Assembly: GCA_024762935.1 (NCBI GenBank)
Contig: JANTGK010000002.1
Coordinates: 1,320 to 65,319, forward strand
Direction: 5' to 3'
Length of the DNA: 64,000 nt
Origin: Candidatus Peregrinibacteria bacterium
GTDB taxonomy: Bacteria > Patescibacteriota > Gracilibacteria > CAIRYL01 > GCA-016699755
In this document: piece after piece, positions 38,700 to 47,914 of the stretch
Position numbering within the stretch: the first letter of the stretch is position 1
Layout of the letters: every line of letters begins with the position of its first letter
Made by a program: the position numbers and the translations under genes
The notes under the pieces: generated by a model
Told to the model about the DNA's origin: nothing
Seen by the model: the letters and a program-made list of their open reading frames with translations, nothing else
The model's database searches: none

Positions 38700-40475
38700 A
38701 TGTGTGGAATCGTCGCCGTTTTTGGGAAAGAAAATGCATCACAGATCGTACTCGATGGGCTCAAAAATCTTGAGTACAGGGGGTATGATTCTTGGGGAGT
38801 TGGAACACCAGGAGAAGGTAAAGTCGAAATTGAGAAGCAAATTGGTAAGATTTCTGAAGCGATTCTTCCTGATTCTTTTCCACAAAAAACACTCGCCATT
38901 GGTCACACCCGATGGGCCACACATGGTGGTGTTACTCCAGAAAATGCACACCCACATTTTAACGAAGAGAAACAGATTGCAGTAGTACATAATGGTATTA
39001 TAGAAAATTTTGTAGAACTCCGAAGTGAGCTGAGAGGGAGAGGGCATGTATTTTTTTCTGATACTGATACAGAGGTTCTTTGTCATCTTATGGAGGAGTA
39101 TATAGATGATGGAAAAACTCTCCTAGAAGCTGCACAGTGTACTGCTAATCGCTGTGAAGGAAGATTTGCCTTTGTTGTGCTCCATTATGGTGAGAATTGC
39201 CTCGTCGCTGTTCGAAGAGGAAGTCCTCTTATTCTTGGCATCGGAGAAAATGGAGATGCATATCTTGCGAGTGATACGCCAGCATTTATCAATCATACTC
39301 AAAAAATTCACTACATCGATGATGGGGAGATTGTGTATCTTGAAGATTCAAAAATTACCGTCCATTCTCTTGAGACACTTGAACCCATTGAAAAAAGAGA
39401 AGTTACTCTTGATATCACACCAGAAGATGCAACAAAAGGAAGTCATGCTCATTTTATGATTAAGGAAATTTATGAGCAAAAAGATACAATTGCTCGTGCA
39501 ACAAACCAAGATAGTCAAGAAATAGAGAAAATCGCAGAAGAGATAAGTAAAGCGCGAGGAACATTCCTTATCGGCTGTGGAACAGCTCATAAGGTTGCTG
39601 CTGCTGGTGAGTATTTCTTTTCTATGATTGCCAAGAAACATGTTAATACTGCAGTGGCAAGTGAATTTCCTATTTTTCACGACTTTCTTCGTCCAGAATC
39701 ACTCATCATTGCCATTTCTCAATCAGGAGAAACAGCAGACGTCATTGAGGCAATTGAAGCGGCACGTTCAGTAGGAAGCACCGTTCTTTCGATTGTTAAT
39801 TCTGCCGGCTCTACCGTTGCGAGAATGTCAGATTTTTCTTTGCATATTAAAGCAGGTCCAGAAAAGGCTGTTGCAAGTACAAAGGCGGCAACAAGTCAGC
39901 TAACAGTCCTTCTGCTTCTTGCTTACGCATGTGCCGGCAAGCTTGATGACGGAAGAAAGCTTATGGTTGATGCCGCATCACTGGTAAACGATTTAGTAAA
40001 TCCTCGTTTTGTTGAATTTGTTGCCGGAATAGCAAAAGAAATAGCAGATCAAAACAATATCTTTATTATTGGAAAAGGGGCTAATTTTCCGATGGCTCTG
40101 GAATCAGCCATTAAAATTCAAGAGGTGTCGTACATTCATGCTGAAGGATTTGCTGGGGGAGAACTAAAACATGGACCTATTGCCATGATCGAACCGGGTA
40201 CACCCTGCCTAGTGCTTGTGAGCAGTAATGAGCTTCAAAAGAAGGAAATTCTCAGTAATGCCATGGAAATAAAAGCACGTGGAGGACGAATCATTGGTGT
40301 CTCTTCTGAGAATAGTGAAATTTTTGATGATTGGATTCGCGTCCCAGAAGCAGGTGCAGCAAATCCAATTTTAAACCTCATTCCTGTACAAGTACTTTCC
40401 TATTACTTGGCACTCGAACGGGGATTTAATCCAGATATGCCACGAAATCTCGCAAAATCAGTCACAGTAAAATAA
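38700..40475 (+). CDS. glmS: Glutamine-fructose-6-phosphate aminotransferase
   Basis: MCGIVA Ntn nucleophile, two SIS domains (SQSGETAD), and a C-terminal LAKSVTVK. Confidence 0.95.
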   Translation: MCGIVAVFGKENASQIVLDGLKNLEYRGYDSWGVGTPGEGKVEIEKQIGKISEAILPDSFPQKTLAIGHTRWATHGGVTPENAHPHFNEEKQIAVVHNGIIENFVELRSELRGRGHVFFSDTDTEVLCHLMEEYIDDGKTLLEAAQCTANRCEGRFAFVVLHYGENCLVAVRRGSPLILGIGENGDAYLASDTPAFINHTQKIHYIDDGEIVYLEDSKITVHSLETLEPIEKREVTLDITPEDATKGSHAHFMIKEIYEQKDTIARATNQDSQEIEKIAEEISKARGTFLIGCGTAHKVAAAGEYFFSMIAKKHVNTAVASEFPIFHDFLRPESLIIAISQSGETADVIEAIEAARSVGSTVLSIVNSAGSTVARMSDFSLHIKAGPEKAVASTKAATSQLTVLLLLAYACAGKLDDGRKLMVDAASLVNDLVNPRFVEFVAGIAKEIADQNNIFIIGKGANFPMALESAIKIQEVSYIHAEGFAGGELKHGPIAMIEPGTPCLVLVSSNELQKKEILSNAMEIKARGGRIIGVSSENSEIFDDWIRVPEAGAANPILNLIPVQVLSYYLALERGFNPDMPRNLAKSVTVK

Positions 40476-40501
40476 ATGATATAAAACTACATACTTTTAA
40501 A

Positions 40502-40528
40502 AAGGAATATAAATTATATTCCTTTTTT
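40502..40528 (+). terminator. Intrinsic terminator after glmS
   Basis: Perfect 10-bp stem AAGGAATATA/TATATTCCTT with a 3-nt loop, followed by TTTT. Confidence 0.7.
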
Positions 40529-40602
40529 ATTCCCATAAAAAAAGACTTGCATTATATTCAAAATAGTGGAAAAATATACTCCTTTTTTATTTTTTCATCA
40601 TT

Positions 40603-41007
40603 ATGTATGCAATAAATGAACAAATTATTCGTGATAAAGTCATGAACCTCATGAAGTCTATGGGGGTGTCCAAAAAGAAATTTGGGGAAGTTCTCGGAAG
40701 TAAGGGCGACCATGTAAATGTCCGCATTAATCGAGCAAACCGATTTCTTACTGGTGATAAGAAAAAACTCACGATACAAGAAATTAATCGTATTGCTGAA
40801 TTTTTTGGAAAACCAGCAACATGGTTCTTTTATAAAGATTCAGGCAAAAATGAGTCTCTTGGGGATGGCGGAGCTGTGGTGAGTAATGAGGAGGTTCTTC
40901 AGAAAATTGAAGGTGAGCTCCGACAACTTGGCTTTGAAGAGAGCTACATTGGTATTCAGATTCAGCAGATTCGAGCGATGGCTGCTTTTCGATCAGCTCA
41001 TAAATAA
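40603..41007 (+). CDS. XRE-family HTH protein
   Basis: The N-terminal ~75 aa fit the HTH_3 pattern (...MGVSKKKFGEVLG...RANRFLTG....L.IQEINRIAEFFG). The C-terminal half is unknown. Confidence 0.5.
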   Translation: MYAINEQIIRDKVMNLMKSMGVSKKKFGEVLGSKGDHVNVRINRANRFLTGDKKKLTIQEINRIAEFFGKPATWFFYKDSGKNESLGDGGAVVSNEEVLQKIEGELRQLGFEESYIGIQIQQIRAMAAFRSAHK

Positions 41008-41112
41008 ATACAGGGGGCTTTTTTTTGCTTGCCACGGCTACAAAAGATATGAAAGAATGCACCTACGACTTTTCGGTGAATTGCACTGAAACTTTCGATT
41101 TTTTTAAACACT

Positions 41113-41454
41113 ATGGCTGAAGAGAAAAAAGCAAAAAAGACGAAGAAGTCTACCGCAAAAAAAGGAAAAGCTGAGACTGCTGTGCCGGTGGCAAAAAGAC
41201 CCCAAAAGAAAGAGGTTATTGCCTCTCATTCTTCACATCAGAAAGATACAGGATCTGTTCCTGTGCAGGTGGCGATTCTTACCGAGCGTATCTCTCATCT
41301 TACCGAACATCTAAAGGTTCATATGAAAGATGATCATGGGCGAAGAGGTCTGATGCAAGCTGTTGCAAAACGAAGAAAGCTATTAAAATATCTGAAAGAT
41401 AAATCAAAATCAGAGTATGAGGCCCTTATTCAAGCACTTGGACTGAGACATTAA
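41113..41454 (+). CDS. rpsO: 30S ribosomal protein S15 with a Lys-rich N-terminal extension
   Basis: GS.PVQVAILTERI.HLTEHLK.H.KD.H.RRGL...V.KRRKLL.YL core, preceded by a ~25-aa basic extension. Confidence 0.9.
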   Translation: MAEEKKAKKTKKSTAKKGKAETAVPVAKRPQKKEVIASHSSHQKDTGSVPVQVAILTERISHLTEHLKVHMKDDHGRRGLMQAVAKRRKLLKYLKDKSKSEYEALIQALGLRH

Positions 41455-41484
41455 TATGGAGTATGTATAAAGGGAATAAAAAAA

Positions 41485-41506
41485 GAGTCCAAAAGGACTC
41501 TTTTTT
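41485..41506 (+). terminator. Intrinsic terminator after rpsO
   Basis: GAGTCC-AAAA-GGACTC followed by TTTTTT. Confidence 0.75.
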
Positions 41507-41580
41507 ATTTGATTTTTAGAGAACCAGAGAGGAAGACAATATGATAGACTACGAAATGAGTTCACTGTTTTGTAATACAA

Positions 41581-42864
41581 ATGGAATTTATTGTTATCTT
41601 TATTCTTGTTCTCTTGAATGGCTTTTTTGCTCTCTCGGAGATTGCACTCGTGTCAGTAAAAAAAAGCCATATTCACCTTCTCGTTTCGCAGGGGAACAAA
41701 AGGGCCAAAACAGTCCAGAAAATTTTGAAGAGTCCAGAAAATTTTCTCTCTTCTGTTCAAGTAGGAATTACCCTTATTGGTATAGTTGCAGGAGCATATG
41801 GAGGTGCAACACTGGTAGATGATGTCGCAAGATATGTATCAGAAGTTCCTCTTTTTCAGACGCATGCATATCTTTTGTCTCTCGTCTTTGTTATTGGCGG
41901 TATTACATATTTTACTATTATTTTTGGTGAACTTGTTCCTAAAGTAGTAGCTATGAATAATGCTGAAGCTGTTGCTCTGATTTGTATTCCAATTATAAAA
42001 TATTTTACTTTTGCCACCTATCCTTTTGTAAAGCTCTTATCTTGGTCTACAAAAGGGATTACATCCCTCTTTGGAGTGCAACAAGGAGGTGAAGAGAAAG
42101 TCAGTGAGGATGAACTCCGTTTTCTTTTGAAAAATGCGAGTAGACAAGGGGTATTAGAGTCAGAAGAAGGTCAAGTTCATCAGAATCTTTTTTCATTTAC
42201 TGATCAAAATGCGCAGTCGCTTATGACACATCGGTCAGAGTTGGAGTGGATTGACAAGAGAGAAGATATTACTGTTATTTTTCATAAGCTTAAAGAGAGT
42301 CCTCACTCAAAATTTATTGTCGGTGATGGATCTCTTGATAAAATTCGAGGAACTATTTCATTAAAAGATTTTTGGGAAAATTATAATAGAGATCATTTTC
42401 AATTGGATGATATTCTTCGGAAGCCCATTGTCATTCCACAGAGTACTCCCGCTTTTCGTATTTTAAATCTGTTCAAACTCAATAAGGACTATGTTGGAAT
42501 TGTCGTTGATGAGTTTGGAAGTGTAAAAGGCATGGTGACCATTCACGATCTCTTCGAAGCCCTTATTGGTGAGTTGCCAGACGAAGATGATAAAGACGAA
42601 CCGTCAATCAGAAAGAGAAATGATGGAACATATCTCTTGGATGGAAAAACGCTTATCTATGAATTGAATCAATACTTTCAGAGGGAAATGATTCCAGATA
42701 ACATCGCTCAGTACACTACAGTGGCTGGCTTTTTTCTCCACAAACAAAAACATATTCCAAAAGGAGGTGATGTTATCAGGTCTGGTAATCTCACGCTTGA
42801 GATTGTTGATATGGATGGCGTTCGAATAGATAAGATTCTGATGAGTGAAGGGAAAGGTTTATGA
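41581..42864 (+). CDS. CNNM/TlyC-family membrane protein (DUF21 + CBS pair + CorC_HlyC)
   Basis: The N-terminal 4-TM DUF21 region (LNGFFALSEIALVS), central CBS-pair region and C-terminal transporter-associated domain follow the usual order. 427 aa. Confidence 0.8.
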   Translation: MEFIVIFILVLLNGFFALSEIALVSVKKSHIHLLVSQGNKRAKTVQKILKSPENFLSSVQVGITLIGIVAGAYGGATLVDDVARYVSEVPLFQTHAYLLSLVFVIGGITYFTIIFGELVPKVVAMNNAEAVALICIPIIKYFTFATYPFVKLLSWSTKGITSLFGVQQGGEEKVSEDELRFLLKNASRQGVLESEEGQVHQNLFSFTDQNAQSLMTHRSELEWIDKREDITVIFHKLKESPHSKFIVGDGSLDKIRGTISLKDFWENYNRDHFQLDDILRKPIVIPQSTPAFRILNLFKLNKDYVGIVVDEFGSVKGMVTIHDLFEALIGELPDEDDKDEPSIRKRNDGTYLLDGKTLIYELNQYFQREMIPDNIAQYTTVAGFFLHKQKHIPKGGDVIRSGNLTLEIVDMDGVRIDKILMSEGKGL

Positions 42865-42885
42865 GTTTCCTTATCAAGACACCTC

Positions 42886-43443
42886 TTACTCTTTGCATTT
42901 TATATCTTCTGGTTTTCCCCTGTTCATAGCTGTTATGCCTGTTCTGACCATTTCCTTGATACCAAAAGGCCGCATGGCTTCTACAAAAGCCTCGATTTTT
43001 TGAGGACGTGTCGTGACTTCAAAAATAATGGAACTCGGAGAAATATCAACTGGCTTTGCATGAAAAACTTCAGCAAACTGCATTACTTCTGCACGGCTTG
43101 AGTTTGTAACATGTACTTTTACAAGAACAGTTTCACGAATAACTGTTTCAGTATCAGTAACATTTGTTACCTTAAGGACGTTTATGATTTTATAGAGCTG
43201 TTTTGTCACTTGCTCAACATCAGTATTACTCCCATCAACAACTATGGTCATTCGAGAGATATGAGGATTCTCTGTACGCCCGACGTTAAGGGAATCGATA
43301 TTAAATTGTCGCCTTCGAAAAAGTGACGATATCCGGTTTAGGACACCAGATTTATTTTCTACTAATGCGATAAGAATGTGGTGATGAGACATAATATTAC
43401 TATTATCAGAAGCCATCTTCCCGAAATTTTTTACTTTTTTCAA
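42886..43443 (-). CDS. ilvH: Acetolactate synthase small (regulatory) subunit-like ACT protein
   Basis: H.L...VENK.GVLNRISSLFRRR.FNI.SL.VG.TE....SRMTIVV, followed by an ALS_ss_C-like half. The true start may be an internal Met. Confidence 0.75.
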   Translation of the reverse strand: MKKVKNFGKMASDNSNIMSHHHILIALVENKSGVLNRISSLFRRRQFNIDSLNVGRTENPHISRMTIVVDGSNTDVEQVTKQLYKIINVLKVTNVTDTETVIRETVLVKVHVTNSSRAEVMQFAEVFHAKPVDISPSSIIFEVTTRPQKIEAFVEAMRPFGIKEMVRTGITAMNRGKPEDIKCKE

Positions 43444-46400
43444 TGCAAAAGGAGATTATCAGCACTTTGTGAGGCTTTAATGCTGATATGATTCCTGAGG
43501 CGGTAGATTATTTCTGCCATTTCCCCGCGCGTAATGTTCTTTTCTATGTTTGTGATAGTAGTAGGAATGGCCTTTTTTTCGGCAAGAAATTCTACAAAAG
43601 GTTCATACCATGCGTCATTTGTGGATTTTTCGGCATGAAAAGCAATACCGACAATCTTAGCGGCTTCTGCAAAAGATATTTTTTTTTCTGGTCGAAAAAA
43701 TCCATCAGGAAACCCATTGATAATACCTTTGCTTTTGGCGACACAAACATATGGGGCAAACCATTGATTTGCTGGAACATCAGGAAAAAATACAGTATCA
43801 GTATTATTGGTGTTCTCAGTGATACAACTGTCTATCTCTTCTGGAGAAAATTGAGCACCAATAACGATTTTTGTAAATGCAGCTCGTGAAATATTTTCTT
43901 CTGGACGGAATGTGCCATCTGAAAATCCTTTTATGACTTTTGTTTTTCGAAGTGCTTCAATGGCACTAGCATTCATATGCGTCTGAGGAATATCAAGAAA
44001 TGAATTCGGAGGAGATTCTTGTTCTTCAATACTAATAGAGACCTCCTCCTCTCCCTGACACATATGTGGCAAGAGAAGGTATGCTCCTCTTTCTCTTAAC
44101 TCACAAATATTATCATACATACTAATGATGGGGTCACAGGGTTGGGTAGTACAAGAATCATATTTTTTTCCACACACCGGCTCTATTTCAGATGAACATG
44201 TTTGCTGGACAGGAAGAATAGAGAACAGTCCACTCGATATAGGAAAATGCCCAATGGCCGGAACCTCTTTTCCATTAGCTTTGGCAATAATTTGATTACT
44301 ACCAGATATCTTGAAAGCAAAATTTGAATGAATCGATGCAATATCTCGGATATCCGTATAAAGTGAGAGAGTTTTTACTTCATTTTTTTTCAATCGAATG
44401 GGTTGTTCAAAAATATAGGAAGTGTCAGAAATTTTTGCGGGATATTCTCTTCCATCAATGGTATCGACGAGTTTTACATTTGTGAGTCCATTACTGAGTG
44501 ATCCTTTTGCCAGAAGAATAAGTCTATCGATGCGAATATCATTATTATGCGCTCCAAGCGAAATTTCTCCCCATTTAATGTGTGTATCTCCCCGGGAAAC
44601 ACCATATCCAGGAATCATATGCAGGTACAGTGAAACAAATGTTGAGTCTGGCTGTGTATTTACTGTGATTTCATGGACCGAGAGAGGGAAATCTCCAATA
44701 ATAGTGATAGGTTTTTGAGATGAGATTTCTTGGGCAAAAGGAGCTTTATCCATGGTTATCAGTACTGATGACTGATTTGCGGCAGCAACATCCGCAAAAA
44801 GAGTAAATGTTTTTTTCTTACCGGCAGGTATTGGAATAGGATGAGTAAAGGCAAATGTTTTTTTTGTGGAAATAACTGGTCCACTGACAATATTTCCAGA
44901 GGAGTCTAAGAGTCGAAAATTACTCAGTGCAGAAATATCAGCGTCTCCCCTGATGCTAAAGTACATTTTTTCTATTTCAACATCTTTCTTTCCCGCAGTA
45001 AATGAGACTTGTGCAAGAGGGGCATTAAGAGTTTTTTCAGAGATGTTTTTTATGATTGATGTCATGGTGACCTCAAGGGTGTTTTTTTCTTCTGTTTTTC
45101 CAAGAGTCATTGTCTTTCCAGAAATGGGAAAGGCACCAGAAACGGGAAGTGCTTTTCCTTTTGGTGTGAAAGTTTTTACTCCTACAGGAGATGAGATGGA
45201 GGCTGATAAAAAAAGATCATCCGGAAAATCATCAGCCATATCTCCTACAAATGCATACGTTGCTGTATTTCCTGCCTCTTGGGTGGGGGTATTCTCAAAA
45301 GATGCTGCTGTCAGTGAAACAGATGATGGATATGAGACAACCTCATCCTCAATGTGTACTAATCGAGGATGCAAAAGGAATCCCGTACCTGTTCCGGTTA
45401 GATCAAGAGTAAGAGAGGAAATATCCATGTCATCAGCATATGAATGAATGGTGAACCGAAGAATTTCTACATCTTTCTCTCCGGGGTGAACACGATGAGA
45501 TTCTGGTGTATCTGATGATAGTTTTATTTGAACACCACTCTGGGAAACAACTTTTGTATTTGTGCGAAGTGGGAATGCTCCTGTGTTCTCGATAGGTTTT
45601 TCATCTGATGATATGGCATCAATATCCCATTGGTTAGAGATTTCAAAGAGAAGTGTGTCACCGACACTTGCTGAGCTAGAGACAAGAGCTTCAAGCGAAA
45701 ATTCTATGCTGGAGTTTGCTGGAAGAAGAAAAGGGTTTTCAAAAATAATCTTTTTCTCGTGCATTTCTGATGATTCGGCAAGAATTTCACCATTGGTTTT
45801 TATAAGTGTAAACTCTTCAAGGGCAATGTCAGCAATGCTACCGGTTTTTGTAATGGTAAGTTCACGAATGATGGCATCATCTTTTCCGAAACTACGAATC
45901 TGAAAGGACCCAAACGAGGCCTTCTCTCCTGCAAGAAATGTAGTTTTATACTCGGGCTCATCAATGTGAGATGCAGTAATCAGAGTTTCTGTATCGGCGT
46001 CCAAAATCGTAAGAGGAGATATTTCAGAGGCATCTATGAGTTCAACATATTTTTTATCATACTTCTGTGATTCGACATGAACAGCATTTTTGTTTTCCAT
46101 TCGAAAGCCAATCGTGCTTCCTACAGTGGCTGTGGCTCCTATTTCTATTTCAAAAGAAAGAGTCATCTTCTCTCCTTTTTGAAGTGATATGTTTTCGAGC
46201 CCTGAAAACGTCACAATATCTTCTTGGAGTATGCCACTAGCAATATAGCTTCCCCATTCCGTGTAGAGCTTTGCTCGGCGTACATCTTCTTTGTCTGCTG
46301 TTCCAATCATATGGAGAGCAATTCGTTCGACGTCAATATCCCCCCCCTTTGCCTCAAGGTCTATGTATCCGACAACCTTCTTTTCTCCTCTTTGAATTGT

Positions 46401-46526
46401 GTTTGTCTCTTGGGTATCTTCTCTTATGGAGACAAGTACGGTTGCCTCACTGCTTCCAAAGGCAGGGGTATGTGTAAGACAAACAAAGAGAAAACAAATC
46501 AGGAGAGAAGAAAATAATCGAATCAT
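43440..46526 (-). CDS. 1028-aa secreted repeat protein with a C-terminal SLH triad (candidate S-layer protein)
   Basis: Signal peptide. At least five ~110-aa modules, most ending in a G(A/D/H)FP(L/I) motif. A Cys-rich insert. Three SLH repeats nearly identical to those of the 36704-37909 protein. Confidence 0.6.
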   Translation of the reverse strand: MIRLFSSLLICFLFVCLTHTPAFGSSEATVLVSIREDTQETNTIQRGEKKVVGYIDLEAKGGDIDVERIALHMIGTADKEDVRRAKLYTEWGSYIASGILQEDIVTFSGLENISLQKGEKMTLSFEIEIGATATVGSTIGFRMENKNAVHVESQKYDKKYVELIDASEISPLTILDADTETLITASHIDEPEYKTTFLAGEKASFGSFQIRSFGKDDAIIRELTITKTGSIADIALEEFTLIKTNGEILAESSEMHEKKIIFENPFLLPANSSIEFSLEALVSSSASVGDTLLFEISNQWDIDAISSDEKPIENTGAFPLRTNTKVVSQSGVQIKLSSDTPESHRVHPGEKDVEILRFTIHSYADDMDISSLTLDLTGTGTGFLLHPRLVHIEDEVVSYPSSVSLTAASFENTPTQEAGNTATYAFVGDMADDFPDDLFLSASISSPVGVKTFTPKGKALPVSGAFPISGKTMTLGKTEEKNTLEVTMTSIIKNISEKTLNAPLAQVSFTAGKKDVEIEKMYFSIRGDADISALSNFRLLDSSGNIVSGPVISTKKTFAFTHPIPIPAGKKKTFTLFADVAAANQSSVLITMDKAPFAQEISSQKPITIIGDFPLSVHEITVNTQPDSTFVSLYLHMIPGYGVSRGDTHIKWGEISLGAHNNDIRIDRLILLAKGSLSNGLTNVKLVDTIDGREYPAKISDTSYIFEQPIRLKKNEVKTLSLYTDIRDIASIHSNFAFKISGSNQIIAKANGKEVPAIGHFPISSGLFSILPVQQTCSSEIEPVCGKKYDSCTTQPCDPIISMYDNICELRERGAYLLLPHMCQGEEEVSISIEEQESPPNSFLDIPQTHMNASAIEALRKTKVIKGFSDGTFRPEENISRAAFTKIVIGAQFSPEEIDSCITENTNNTDTVFFPDVPANQWFAPYVCVAKSKGIINGFPDGFFRPEKKISFAEAAKIVGIAFHAEKSTNDAWYEPFVEFLAEKKAIPTTITNIEKNITRGEMAEIIYRLRNHISIKASQSADNLLLH

Positions 46527-46565
46527 ATTTTTTAAAAATCATGCGATATTGTAGCGATTTTTCCT

Positions 46566-46930
46566 CTATTGGCAACAATTACAAAAAAACCTTTTGCTTT
46601 CAAACTCTACAATCTTATTGTTTCTTACGATAATTCCCTCTTTATTGAGCCTTCTCTTTTTTCCTTCTCTTCCCAAAGGGAATCCTCCGATTTCACCACT
46701 ATTTTTTACTCCTTTGAAACATGGAAAAGTCTTAGGATCTGTATTGTTATGAAAGAGGTTTCCTGCAGCCCGAACCCCATTTGCATTTTTAAGGGCTTTA
46801 GCAAGGTCTCCATATGTGATTATTGTTCCTTTTGGAATGAGAAGAAGAAGACATTGAAGGTTTTTTTGAGAGTATCCGTGAAGATGGGAAGAGGAATGGG
46901 GAGGGTGAGGTCTTGATTTTTTTCTTTCAT
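46566..46930 (-). pseudogene. MGMT/alkyltransferase-family DNA-binding-domain gene interrupted by a frameshift at an A7 run
   Basis: My own translation of the minus strand gives ...LLIPKGTIITYGDLAKAL...VRAAGNLFHNNTDP..FPCFKGV.NSGEIGGF..G...K..L..EGI. This frame has no start codon. An ATG-initiated ORF in the adjacent frame meets it at A7 (46861-46867). Confidence 0.65.
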
Positions 46931-46975
46931 TTCAAGACAATGTAATCTCACCATATCTTTCATTTTTTTTAAAAG

Positions 46976-47872
46976 ATGGCAAAACGAATCTTCCTCTTTC
47001 TCCTGACAAATATCGCCGTTATCGCCGTTATTCAGGTTATTCTCTCTGTTTTTAATGTTCAGCCCTACCTCACTCCATACGGACTCAATTATCAATCACT
47101 TCTTATTTTTGCAGCCATTGTTGGGTTTTCTGGTTCAATTTTCTCTCTTTTTATTTCTAAATGGGTGGCGAAGCGGACCTATTCCATTGAACTGATTTCA
47201 AATGCTCGCACTCCAGAAGAAGTCTTTCTCGAAACAACAGTTCGACGCCTCGCCGAGAGTGCAGGGATTGGCATGCCAGAGGTGGGAATATATAATTCTC
47301 CTGAGGCAAATGCTTTTGCAACGGGGTGGAATAGAAATAATGCCCTGGTGGCTGTTTCTAGTGGACTTTTGGATTCTATGACAAAAGATGAGATAGAGGG
47401 TGTTTTGGCACATGAGATTTCACATGTAGCTAATGGAGATATGGTTACCATGATGCTTTTACAAGGGGTGGTAAACACATTCGTGGTTTTCTTTGCAAGA
47501 ATTGCCGCGTATGCAGTACAAGGCTTTTTGAACCGAGGGAGAGATGACGGAGGGCAAATAGGCGGTTTTGCATACTATATCACCGCTATTATTTTTGAGG
47601 TTTTTTTTGGAATTCTTGCCAGTATTATCACCATGTGGTTTTCTCGACATCGAGAGTTTCGAGCAGATGCAGGTAGCGCAAAGCTTGCCGGGTCTAATAA
47701 AATGATTGCAGCACTTAAAAAGCTGAAAAAACTTTCTGCTCTTCCTACTGATAATCGCGGAAAATCACTAAATACCATGAAGATCAGTGATAAGCCATCA
47801 CGATTTTTTGCACTTTTTTCCAGCCACCCACCGCTAGATAAACGGATTGCAGCACTACAACAGGGTTTGTAG
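46976..47872 (+). CDS. htpX: Membrane zinc protease HtpX (M48)
   Basis: HEISHVANGD zinc motif, four TM segments, and a C-terminal SHPPL.KRI. Confidence 0.9.
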   Translation: MAKRIFLFLLTNIAVIAVIQVILSVFNVQPYLTPYGLNYQSLLIFAAIVGFSGSIFSLFISKWVAKRTYSIELISNARTPEEVFLETTVRRLAESAGIGMPEVGIYNSPEANAFATGWNRNNALVAVSSGLLDSMTKDEIEGVLAHEISHVANGDMVTMMLLQGVVNTFVVFFARIAAYAVQGFLNRGRDDGGQIGGFAYYITAIIFEVFFGILASIITMWFSRHREFRADAGSAKLAGSNKMIAALKKLKKLSALPTDNRGKSLNTMKISDKPSRFFALFSSHPPLDKRIAALQQGL

Positions 47873-47914
47873 TTTGCCCACAAATAGAGCAAGAGTGTTA
47901 CAGACGAATGATTA

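Noticed and set aside
46569-46916. 115-aa plus-strand ORF from the track.
   Set aside because: It is antisense to the much better supported MGMT-like reading frame on the minus strand, and its translation has no recognisable features.
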